From positions 94,054,001 through 94,118,000 of the forward strand of contig OZ024746.1 in assembly GCA_964016885.1 (NCBI GenBank): DNA of 64,000 bases. Direction: 5' to 3'. Shown here piece by piece: positions 51,523 to 64,000 of the stretch; positions within the stretch are counted from its first letter, which is position 1; each line of letters begins with the position of its first letter. The stretch comes from Eledone cirrhosa. Taxonomy: Eukaryota. The position numbers and the translations under genes were made by a program. Below the pieces are notes generated by a model that saw only the letters and a list, made by a program, of their open reading frames with translations, did not search any database and had not been told where the DNA came from.

Positions 51523-54500
51523 GTGATATTGGTAGTGTAGAGTGATATTGGTAGTGTACAGTGATATTGGTAGTGTACAGTGATATTGGTAGTGTAGAGT
51601 GATATTGGTAGTGTACAGTGATATTGGTAGTGTACAGTGATATTGGTAGTGTACAGTGATATTGGTAGTGTACAGTGATATTGGTAGTGTACAGTGATAA
51701 TGGTAGTGTACAGTGATATTGGTAGTGTACGGTGATATTGGTAGTGTACAGTGATATTGGTAGTGTACAGTGATATTGGTAGTGTACAGTGATATTGGTA
51801 GTGTAGAGTGATATTGGTAGTGTACAGTGATATTGGTAGTGTACAGTGATATTGGTAGTGTACAGTGATATTGGTAGTGTACAGTGATATTGGTAGTGTA
51901 CAGTGATAATGGTAGTGTACAGTGATATTGGTAGTGTACGGTGATATTGGTAGTGTACAGTGATATTGGTAGTTTACGGTGATATTGGTAGTGTACAGTG
52001 ATATTGGTAGTGTAGAGTGATATTGGTAGTGTACGGTGATATTGGTAGTTTACGGTGATATTGGTAGTGTACAGTGATATTGGTAGTGTACAGTGATATT
52101 GGTAGTGTACAGTGATATTGGTAGTGTAGAGTGATATTGGTAGTGTACGGTGGTATTGGTAGTGTAGAGTGATATTGGTAGTGTACAGTGATATTGGTAG
52201 TGTACAGTGATATTGGTAGTGTACGGTGATATTGGTAGTGTAGAGTGATATTGGTAGTGTACGGTGGTATTGGTAGTGTACAGTGATATTGGTAGTGTAC
52301 AGTGATATTGGTAGTGTACGGTGATATTGGCAGTGTACAGTGATATTGGTAGTGTAGAGTGATATTGGTAGTGTACAGTGATATTGGTAGTGTACGGTGA
52401 TATTGGTAGTGTAGAGTGATATTGGTAGTGTACGGTGATATTGGCAGTGTACAGTGATATTGGTAGTGTACAGTGATATTGGTAGTGTACAGTGATATTG
52501 GTAGTGTAGAGTGATATTGGTAGTGTACAGTGATATTGGTAGTGTACAGTGATATTGGTAGTGTAGAGTGATATTGGTAGTGTACAGTGATATTGGTAGT
52601 GTACAGTGATATTGGTAGTGTACAGTGATATTGGTAGTGTAGAGTGATATTGGTAGTGTACAGTGATATTGGTAGTGTACAGTGATATTGGTAGTGTACA
52701 GTGATATTGGTAGTGTAGAGTGATATTGGTAGTGTACAGTGATATTGGTAGTGTACAGTGATATTGGTAGTGTACAGTGATATTGGTAGTGTACAGTGAT
52801 ATTGGTAGTGTACAGTGATATTGGTAGTGTACAGTGATAATGGTAGTGTACAGTGATATTGGTAGTGTACAGTGATATTGGTAGTGTACAGTGATATTGG
52901 TAGTGTACAGTGATATTGGTAGTGTACAGTGATATTGGCAGTGTACAGTGATATTGGTAGTGTACAGTGATATTGGTAGTGTACAGTGATAATGGTAGTG
53001 TACAGTGATATTGGTAGTGTACAGTGATATTGGTAGTGTACAGTGATATTGGTAGTGTACAGTGATATTGGTAGTGTACAGTGATATTGGTAGTGTAGAG
53101 TGATATTGGTAGTGTACAGTGATATTGGTAGTGTAGAGTGATATTGGTAGTGTACAGTGATATTGGTAGTGTAGAGTGATATTGGTAGTGTACAGTGATA
53201 TTGGTAGTGTAGAGTGATATTGGTAGTGTACAGTGATATTGGTAGTGTAGAGTGATATTGGTAGTGTACAGTGATATTGGTAGTGTAGAGTGATATTGGT
53301 AGTGTACAGTGATATTGGTAGTGTACAGTGATATTGGTAGTGTACAGTGATATTGGTAGTGTAGAGTGATATTGGTAGTGTACAGTGATATTGGTAGTGT
53401 AGAGTGATATGGGTAGTGTACGGTGATATTGGTAGTGTAGAGTGATATTGGTAGTGTACAGTGATATTGGTAGTGTAGAGTGATATTGGTAGTGTAGAGT
53501 GATATTGGTAGTGTACAGTGATATTGGTAGTGTACAGTGATATTGGTAGTGTAGAGTGATATTGGTAGTGTACAGTGATATTGGTAGTGTACAGTGATAT
53601 TGGTAGTGTAGAGTGATATTGGTAGTGTAGAGTGATATTGGTAGTGTAGAGTGATATTGGTAGTGTACAGTGATATTGGTAGTGTACAGTGATATTGGTA
53701 GTGTACAGTGATATTGGTAGTGTACAGTGATATTGGTAGTGTACAGTGATATTGGTAGTGTAGAGTGATATTGGTAGTGTACAGTGATATTGGTAGTGTA
53801 CAGTGATATTGGTAGTGTAGAGTGATATTGGTAGTGTACAGTGATATTGGTAGTGTACAGTGATATTGGTAGTGTACAGTGATATTGGTAGTGTACAGTG
53901 ATATTGGTAGTGTAGAGTGATATTGATAGTGTACAGTGATATTGGTAGTGTACAGTGATATTGGTAGTGTAGAGTGATATTGGTAGTGTACAGTGATATT
54001 GGTAGTGTAGAGTGATATTGGTAGTGTACAGTGATATTGGTAGTGTACAGTGATATTGGTAGTGTACAGTGATATTGGTAGTGTAGAGTGATATTGGTAG
54101 TGTACAGTGATATTGGTAGTGTACAGTGATATTGGTAGTGTAGAGTGATATTGGTAGTGTACAGTGATATTGGTAGTGTACAGTGATATTGGTAGTGTAC
54201 AGTGATATTGGTAGTGTACAGTGATATTGGTAGTGTACGGTGATATAGGTAGTGTACAGTGATATTGGTAGTGTACAGTGATATTGGTAGTGTACAGTGA
54301 TATTGGTAGTGTAGAGTGATATTGGTAGTGTAGAGTGATATTGGTAGTGTACAGTGATATTGGTAGTGTACAGTGATATTGGTAGTGTACAGTGATATTG
54401 GTAGTGTACAGTGATATTGGTAGTGTACAGTGATATTGGTAGTGTAGAGTGATATTGGTAGTGTACAGTGATATTGGTAGTGTACAGTGATATTGGTAGT

Positions 54501-57500
54501 GTACAGTGATATTGGTAGTGTACAGTGATATTGGTAGTGTACAGTGATATTGGTAGTGTACAATGATATTGGTAGTGTACAGTGATATTGGTAGTGTACA
54601 GTGATAATGGTAGTGTAGAGTGATATTGGTAGTGTACAGTGATATTGGTAGTGTAGAGTGATATTGGTAGTGTACAGTGATATTGGTAGTGTACAGTGAT
54701 ATTGGTAGTGTAGAGTGATATTGGTAGTGTACAGTGATATTGGTAGTGTACAGTGATATTGGTAGTGTACAGTGATATTGGTAGTGTACGGTGATATTGG
54801 TAGTGTACAGTGATATTGGTAGTGTACAGTGATATTGGTAGTGTACAGTGATATTGGTAGTGTACAGTGATATTGGTAGTGTACAGTGATATTGGTAGTG
54901 TACGGTGATATTGGTAGTGTACGGTGATATTGGTAGTGTACAGTGATATTGGTAGTGTACGGTGATATTGGTAGTGTACAGTGATATTGGTAGTGTACAG
55001 TGATATTGGTAGTGTACAGTGATATTGGTAGTGTACAGTGATATTGGTAGTGTACAGTGATATTGGTAGTGTACAGTGATATTGGTAGTGTACGGTGATA
55101 TTGGCAGTGTACAGTGATATTGGTAGTGTAGAGTGATATTGGTAGTGTACAGTGATATTGGTAGTGTACAGTGATATTGGTAGTGTACAGTGATATTGGT
55201 AGTGTACAGTGATATTGGTAGTGTACAGTGATATTGGTAGTGTACAATGATATTGGTAGTGTACAGTGATATTGGTAGTGTACAGTGATAATGGTAGTGT
55301 AGAGTGATATTGGTAGTGTACAGTGATATTGGTAGTGTAGAGTGATATTGGTAGTGTACAGTGATATTGGTAGTGTACAGTGATATTGGTAGTGTAGAGT
55401 GATATTGGTAGTGTACAGTGATATTGGTAGTGTACAGTGATATTGGTAGTGTACAGTGATATTGGTAGTGTACGGTGATATTGGTAGTGTACAGTGATAT
55501 TGGTAGTGTACAGTGATATTGGTAGTGTACAGTGATATTGGTAGTGTACAGTGATATTGGTAGTGTACAGTGATATTGGTAGTGTACAGTGATATTGGTA
55601 GTGTACAGTGATATTGGTAGTGTACGGTGATATTGGTAGTGTACGGTGATATTGGTAGTGTACAGTGATATTGGTAGTGTACGGTGATATTGGTAGTGTA
55701 CAGTGATATTGGTAGTGTACAGTGATATTGGTAGTGTACAGTGATATTGGTAGTGTACAGTGATATTGGTAGTGTACAGTGATATTGGTAGTGTACAGTG
55801 ATATTGGTAGTGTACGGTGATATTGGCAGTGTACAGTGATATTGGTAGTGTACGGTGATATTGGTAGTGTACAGTGATATTGGTAGTGTACAGTGATATT
55901 GGTAGTGTACGGTGATATTGGTAGTGTACGGTGATATTGGTAGTGTACGGTGATATTGGTAGTGTACGGTGATATTGGTAGTGTACGGTGATATTGGTAG
56001 TGTACAGTGATATTGGTAGTGTACAGTGATATTGGTAGTGTACAGTGATATTGGTAGTGTACAGTGATATTGGTAGTGTACAGTGATATTGGTAGTGTAC
56101 GGTGATATTGGTAGTGTACGGTGATATTGGTAGTGTACAGTGATATTGGTAGTGTACGGTGATATTGGTAGTGTACAGTGATATTGGTAGTGTACAGTGA
56201 TATTAGTAGTGTACAGTGATATTGGTAGTGTACAGTGATATTGGTAGTGTACAGTGATATTGGTAGAGTACAGTGATATTGGTAGTGTACAGTGATATTG
56301 GTAGTGTACAGTGATATTGGTAGTGTACGGTGATATTGGTAGTGTACGGTGATATTGGTAGTGTACAGTGATATTGGTAGTGTACAGTGATATTGGTAGT
56401 GTACGGTGATATTGGTAGTGTACGGTGATATTGGCAGTGTACAGTGATATTGGTAGTGTAGAGTGATATTGGTAGTGTACAGTGATATTGGTAGTGTACA
56501 GTGATATTGGTAGTGTACAGTGATATTGGTAGTGTACAGTGATATTGGTAGTGTACGGTGATATTGGTAGTGTACAGTGATATTGGTAGTGTACAGTGAT
56601 ATTGGTAGTGTACGGTGATATTGGTAGTGTAGAGTGATATGGGTGGTGTACGGTGATATTGGTAGTGTACAGTGGTATTGGTAGTGTACGGTGATATTGG
56701 CAGTGTAGAGTGATATTGGTAGTGTAGAGTGATATTGGTAGTGTACAGTGATATTGGTAGTGTACAGTGATATTGGTAGTGTACAGTGATATTGGTAGTG
56801 TACAGTGGTATTGGTAGTGTACGGTGATATTGGTAGTGTAGAGTGATATTGGTAGTGTACAGTGGTATTGGTAGTGTACAGTGATATTGGTAGTGTACAG
56901 TGATATTGGTAGTGTAGAGTGATATTGGTAGTGTACAGTGATATTGGTAGTGTACAGTGATATTGGTAGTGTACAGTGATATTGGTAGAGTACAGTGATA
57001 TTGGTAGTGTACAGTGATATTGGTAGTGTACAGTGATATTGGTAGTGTACAGTGATACTGGTAGTGTACAGTGATATTGGTAGTGTACAGTGATATTGGT
57101 AGTGTACAGTGATATTGGTAGTGTACGGTGATATTGGTAGTGTACAGTGATATTGGTAGTGTACAGTGATATTGGTAGTGTACGGTGATATTGGTAGTGT
57201 ACAGTGATATTGGTAGTGTACAGTGATATTGGTAGTGTACAGTGATACTGGTAGTGTACAGTGATATTGGTAGTGTACAGTGATATTGGTAGTGTACAGT
57301 GATATTGGTAGTGTACAGTGATATTGGTAGTGTACAGTGATATTGGTAGTGTACGGTGATATTGGTAGTGTACAGTGATATTGGTAGTGTACAGTGATAT
57401 TGGTAGTGTACAGTGATATTGGTAGTGTACAGTGATATTGGTAGTGTAGAGTGATATTGGTAGTGTACGGTGATATTGGTAGTGTACAGTGATATTGGTA

Positions 57501-60500
57501 GTGTACAGTGATATTGGTAGTGTACAGTGATATTGGTAGTGTACAGTGATATTGGTAGTGTACGGTGATATTGGTAGTGTACAGTGATATTGGTAGTGTA
57601 CGGTGATATTGGTAGTGTACAGTGATATTGGTAGTGATATTGGTAGTGTACAGTGATATTGGTAGTGTACAGTGATATTGGTAGTGATATTGGTAGTGTA
57701 CAGTGATATTGGTAGTGTACGGTGATATTGGTAGTGTACAGTGATATTGGTAGTGTACAGTGGTATTGGTAGTGTACAGTGATATTGGTAGTGTAGAGTG
57801 ATATTGGTAGTGTACCGTGATATTGGTAGTGTAGAGTGATATTGGTAGTGTACAGTGATATTGGTAGTGTACAGTGATATTGGTAGTGTACAGTGATATT
57901 GGTAGTGTAGTGTGATATGGGTAGTGTAATGTGATATTGGTATTGTACAGTGATACTGGTAGTGTACAGTGATATTGGTAGTGTACAGTGATATTAGTAG
58001 TGTACAGTGATATTGGTAGTGTACAGTGATATTGGTAGTGTACAGTGATATTGGTAGTGTACAGTGATATTGGTAGTGTACGGTGATATTGGTAGTGTAC
58101 AGTGATATTGGTGTTGTACAGTGGTATTGGTAGTGTACAGTGATATTGGTGTTGTACAGTGGTATTGGTAGTGTACAGTGATATTGGTGTTGTACAGTGG
58201 TATTGGTAGTGTACAGTGATATTGGTGTTGTACGGTGATATTGGTAGTGTACAGTGATATTGGTAGTGTACAGTGATATTGGTAGTGTACAGTGATATTG
58301 GTAGTGTACGGTGGTATTGGTAGTGTACAGTGATATTGGTAGTGTAGAGTGATATTGGTAGTGTACAGTGATATTGGTAGTGTACAGTGATATTGGTAGT
58401 GTACAGTGATATTGGTAGTGTAGAGTGATATTGGTAGTGTACAGTGATATTGGTAGTGTACAGTGATATTGGTAGTGTACAGTGATATTGGTAGTGTACA
58501 GTGATATTGGTAGTGTACGGTGATATTGGTAGTGTAGAGTGATATTGGTAGTGTACAGTGATATTGGTAGTGTACAGTGATATTGGTAGTGTACAGTGAT
58601 ATTGGTAGTGTACAGTGATATTGGCAGTGTACAGTGGTATTGGTAGTGTACAGTGATATTGGTAGTGTACAGTGATATTGGTAGTGTACAGTGATATTGG
58701 TAGTGTACAGTGGTATTGGTAGTGTACAGTGATATTGGTGTTGTACAGTGATATTGGTAGTGTACAGTGATATTGGTGTTGTACAGTGATATTGGTAGTG
58801 TACAGTGATATTGGTAGTGTACAGTGATATTGGTAGTGTACAGTGATATTGGTAGTGTACAGTGATATTGGTAGTGTACAGTGATATTGGTAGTGTACAG
58901 TGATATTGGTAGTGTACAGTGGTATTGGTAGTGTACAGTGATATTGGTAGTGTACAGTGGTATTGGTAGTGTACAGTGGTATTGGTAGTGTACAGTGATA
59001 TTGGTGTTGTACAGTGATATTGGTAGTGTACGGTGATATTGGTAGTGTACAGTGATATTGGCAGTGTACGGTGATATTGGCAGTGTACGGTGATATTGGC
59101 AGTGTACAGTGATATTGGTAGTGTACAGTGATATTGGTAGTGTACAGTGATATTGGTAGTGTACAGTGATATTGGTAGTGTACAGTGATATTGGTAGTGT
59201 ACAGTGATATTGGTAGTGTACAGTGATATTGGCAGTGTACGGTGATATTGGCAGTGTACAGTGATATTGGCAGTGTACGGTGATATTGGTAATGTACAGT
59301 GATATTGGTGTTGTACAGTGGTATTGGTAGTGTACAGTGATATTGGCAGTGTACGGTGGTATTGGTAGTGTACGGTGATATTGGTAGTGTAGAGTGATAT
59401 TGGTAGTGTAGAGTGATATTGGTAGTGTACAGTGATATTGGTAGTGTACGGTGATATTGGTAGTGTACAGTGATATTGGTAGTGTACGGTGATATTGGTA
59501 GTGTACAGTGATATTGGTAGTGTAGTGTGATATTGGTAGTGTACGGTGATATTGGTAGTGTACAGTGGTATTGGTAGTGTAGAGTGATATTGATGTTGTA
59601 CAGTGGTATTGGTAGTGTACAGTGATATTGGTGTTGTACAGTGGTATTGGTAGTGTACAGTGATATTGGTGTTGTACAGTGGTATTGGTAGTGTACAGTG
59701 ATATTGGTGTTGTACAGTGATATTGGTGTTGTACAGTGATATTGGTAGTGTACAGTGATATTGGTAGTGTACAGTGATATTGGTAGTGTACAGTGATATT
59801 GGTAGTGTACAGTGATATTGGTAGTGTACAGTGATATTGGTAGTGTACGGTGGTATTGGTAGTGAACAGTGATATTGGTAGTGTAGTGTGATATTGGTAG
59901 TGTACGGTGATATAGGTAGTGTACAGTGATATTGGTAGTGTACAGTGATATTGGTAGTGTACAGTGATATTGTTAGTGTACGGTGATATTGGTAGTGTAC
60001 GGTGATATTGGTAGTGTACAGTGATATTGGTAGTGTACGGTGATATTGGTAGTGTACGGTGATATTGGTAGTGTACAGTGATATTGGTAGTGTAGTGTGA
60101 TATTGGTAGTGTACGGCGATATTGGTAGTGTACAGTGATATTGGTAGTGTACGGTGATATTGGTAGTGTACGGTGATATTGGTAGTGTACAGTGATATTG
60201 GTAGTGTAGTGTGATATTGGTAGTGTACAGTGATATTGGTAGTGTACAGTGATATTGGTAGTGTACGGTGATATTGGTAGTGTACGGTGATATTGGTAGT
60301 GTACGGTGATATTGGTAGTGTACGGTGATATTGGTAGTGTACAGTGATATTGGTAGTGTAGTGTGATATTGGTAGTGTACAGTGATATTGGTAGTGTACA
60401 GTGATATTTGTAGTGTACGGTGATATTGGTAGTGTACGGTGATATTGGTAGTGTACGGTGATATTGGTAGTGTACAGTGGTATTGGTAGTGTACGGTGAT

Positions 60501-62964
60501 ATTGGTAGTGTACGATGATATTGTTAGTGTACAGTGATATTGGTAGTGTACAGTGATATTGGTAGTGTACGGTGATATTGGTAGTGTAGAGTGATATTGG
60601 TAGTGTACAGTGATATTGGTAGTGTACAGTGATATTGGTAGTGTACGGTGATATTGGTAGTGTACGGTGATATTGGTAGTGTACAGTGATATTGGTAGTG
60701 TACGGTGATATTGGTAGTGTAGAGTGATATTGGTAGTGTACAGTGATATTGGTAGTGTACAGTGGTATTGGTAGTGTACAGTGATATTGGTAGTGTACAG
60801 TGATATTGGTAGTGTACGGTGATATTGGTAGTGTACAGTGATATTGGTAGTGTACAGTGATATTGGTATTGTACAGTGATATTGGTAGTGTACAGTGATA
60901 TTGGTAGTGTACAATGATATTGGTAGTGTACAGTGATATTGGTAGTGTACAGTGATATTGGTAGTGTAGAGTGATATTGGTAGTGTACAGTGATATTGGT
61001 AGTGTACGGTGATATTGGTAGTGTACAGTGATATTGGTAGTGTACGGTGATATTGGTAGTGTACAGTGATATTGGTAGTGTACGGTGATATTGGTAGTGT
61101 ACAGTGATATTGGTAGTGTACGGTGATATTGGTAGTGTACGGTGATATTGGTAGTGTAGAGTGATAATGGTAGTGTACAGTGATATTGGTATTGTACAGG
61201 ATATTGGTAGTGTACAGTGATATTGGTAGTGTACGGTGATATTGGTAGTGTACAGTGATATTGGTAGTGTACAGTGATATTGGTAGTGTACGGTGATATT
61301 GGTAGTGTACAGTGATATTGGTAGTGTACGGTGATATTGGTAGTGTACAGTGATATTGGTAGTGTACGGTGATATTGGTAGTGTACGGTGATATTGTTAG
61401 TGTACAGTGATATTGGTAGTGTACAGTGATATTGGTAGCGTACGGTGATAATGGTAGTGTACGGTGATAATGGTAGTGTACGGTGATATTGGTAGTGTAC
61501 AGTGATATTGGTAGTGTACGGTGATATTGGTAGTGTACAGTGATATTGGTAGTGTACGGTGATATTGGTAGTGTACAGTGATATTGGTAGTGTACAGTGA
61601 TATTGGTAGTGTACGGTGATATTGGTAGTGTAGAGTGATATTGGCAGTGTACAGTGATATTGGTAGTGTACAGTGATATTGGTAGTGTACAGTGATATTG
61701 GTAGTGTACGGTGATATTGGTAGTGTAGAGTGATATTGGTAGTGTACAGTGATATTGGTAGTGTACGGTGATATTGGTAGTGTACAGTGATATTGGTAGT
61801 GTACGGTGATATTGGTAGTGTACAGTGATATTGGTAGTGTACAGTGATATTGGTAGTGTACAGTGATATTGGTAGTGTACAGTGATATTGGTAGTGTACG
61901 GTGATATTGGTAGTGTACAGTGGTATTGGTAGTGTACAGTGACATTGGTAGTGTACGGTGATATTGGTAGTGTACAGTGGTATTGGTAGTGTACAGTGAC
62001 ATTGGTAGTGTACGGTGATATTGGTAGTGTAGAGTGATATTGGTAGTGTACAGTGATATTGGTAGTGTACAGTGGTATTGGTAGTGTACAGTGATATTGG
62101 TAGTGTACGGTGATATTGGTAGTGTAGAGTGATATTGGTAGTGTACGGTGATATTGGTAGTGTAGAGTGATATTGGTAGTGTACAGTGATATTGGTAGTG
62201 TACAGTGGTATTGGTAGTGTACAGTGATATTGGTAGTGTACAGTGATATTGGTAGTGTACAGTGATATTGGTAGTGTACGGTGATATTGGTAGTGTACAG
62301 TGATATTGGTAGTGTACAGTGATATTGGTAGTGTACAGTGATATTGGTAGTGTACGGTGATATTGGTAGTGTACAGTGGTATTGGTAGTGTACGGTGATA
62401 TTGGTAGTGTAGAGTGATATTGGTAGTGTACAGTGATATTGGTAGTGTACAGTGATATTGGTAGTGTACAGTGATATTGGTAGTGTACAGTGATATTGGT
62501 AGTGTACAGTGATATTGGTAGTGTACAGTGGTATTGGTAGTGTACGGTGATATTGGTAGTGTACAGTGATATTGGTAGTGTACAGTGATATTGGTAGTGT
62601 AGAATGATATTGGTAGTGTACAGTGATATTGGTAGTGTACGGTGATATTGGTAGTGTAGAGTGATATTGGTAGTGTACAATGATATTGGTAGTGTACAGT
62701 GATATTGGTAGTGTACAGTGATATTGGTAGTGTACAGTGATATTGGTAGTGTACGGTGATATTGGTAGTGTACAGTGATATTGGTAGTGTACAGTGATAT
62801 TGGTAGTGTAGAGTGATATTGGTAGTGTACAGTGATATTGGTAGTGTACAGTGATATTGGTAGTGTACAGTGACATTGGTAGTGTACAGTGATATTGGTA
62901 GTGTACGGTGATATTGGTAGTGTATAGTGATATTGGTAGTGTACAGTGATATTGGTAGTGTACG
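51523..62964. repeat. 19-bp satellite, about 600 copies, 11.4 kb
   Basis: GTGATATTGGTAGTGTACA with TAGA and TACG variants; explains the 600-1065 aa ORFs with a 19-aa period. Confidence 0.99.
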
Positions 62965-63044
62965 GAGCTCTGTGTTCTTGCATTGTTAGACCTAATTCTC
63001 TGATCGAGTTCATTATATTTTTACATATCGATCTCTTTTGAAAT

Positions 63045-63085
<41 letters not shown>

Positions 63086-63229
63086 CACACACACACACGC
63101 ACGCATACACACACGCACACACACCTGCACACACACACGCACACACACACACGCACGCACACACACACGCACACACACCCGCACACACCCGTACACACAC
63201 ACTCACACACACACACACACATATATATA

Positions 63230-63652
63230 TAATTGTTTCTACTTTTGGCCAGCAATTAAGCAGTGTATTACTGGTACTTCATTTTATCGTCCCTGTAAGG
63301 ATGAAAGGCAAAGTTAACCTCCACGTGATTTGAACTCAGACCATAAAGGGCCGTAACTCTTCGGTGCAAAGCATGGCGTCCGACCCTCTACCAATACTGC
63401 CAATCCACATATATAATAATTGTTTCTACTTTTGGCACAAGGCCAGCAATTAAACCAGTGCATTACTGGTACTTTATTTTATCGACCCCGTAAGGATGAA
63501 AGGCAAAATTAACCTCGGCGGGATTTTAACTCAGACCGTAAAGGGACGTAACTCTATGCTGGAAAGCATGGTGTCCGACCCTCAACCGATACTGCCAATC
63601 CACCGCCTATATATAATAATTGTTTCTACTTCTGGCACAAGGCCAGCAATTA
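63230..63652 (-). mobile_element. Head-to-tail SINE-A copies (two plus a tail stub)
   Basis: AATTGTTTCTACTT at 63231, 63418 and 63618. Confidence 0.9.
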
Positions 63653-63654
63653 TT

Positions 63655-64000
63655 TGGTGTGTGTTCGCGTTTGGGTGACTGTGTTTTGGTTATTGTATTC
63701 TCTTTTTTTTTTTATACAATAACCAAAACACAGTCACCCAAACGCGAACACACACAAAACACTATGCATACACGCAAACGCATGCGCAGAGAAGAAGACA
63801 AAAATAAATAAATAAATAAACAGATAAAATAAAAATGGCGTAGACATACAATACAACAGGAGGAACATAATAGTACCACTGATGATGCTGCAGATGTGCA
63901 ACGAAAGACCTTTGTTAGACTATATATATGTGTTTATATCTATATTATATCTGTATGTTTGATCGTTGGTCAGTCAATGGTAAACATTGAGGACCGAATG
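63655..64000 (+). mobile_element. Penelope-like element with 5' fold-back and degenerate hammerhead (63875-63916); runs off the window
   Basis: Inverted repeat 63657-63697/63714-63755; ACCA CTGATGA TGCTGCA GATG TGCAAC GAAA GACC TT TGTT; homologous to 22620-22930. Confidence 0.65.

Noticed and set aside
52050-63202. 600-1065 aa ORFs (YTTNITVHYQYHCTLPISL)n
   Set aside because: Translation of a stop-free strand of the 19-bp satellite; the unit cycles through all three frames.

Overview
Eukaryotic, AT-rich, repeat-saturated DNA in which I can support no host protein-coding gene. The SINE families and the (TA)n/(CA)n/(GA)n load look like an octopod cephalopod genome; this is inferred from recalled repeat families, not from a search. 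Nearly all long ORFs in the track are translations of micro- or minisatellites. Contents: two tRNA-headed SINE families (about 25 copies of 'SINE-A', several CORE-like 'SINE-B'); decayed LINE pieces (RTE, CR1-like, R4/Dong, CRE-like); bipartite RTE-derived non-autonomous elements; two MITEs; and satellites of 19 bp (about 600 copies), 20 bp, 26, 27/32, 29, 44 and 79 bp. Two themes stand out. (1) Several ORF-less elements, mostly in (TA)n, carry minimal type-I hammerhead ribozyme motifs and a 5' fold-back, the Penelope-like/retrozyme architecture. One of them (36.4-37.45 kb) has two intact hammerheads 457 nt apart, enough to release a unit-length, circularisable RNA. (2) Minisatellites repeatedly arise from internal segments of retroelements (SINE A-box, SINE tail, RTE ORF, CRE endonuclease ORF), with the host element resuming after the array.
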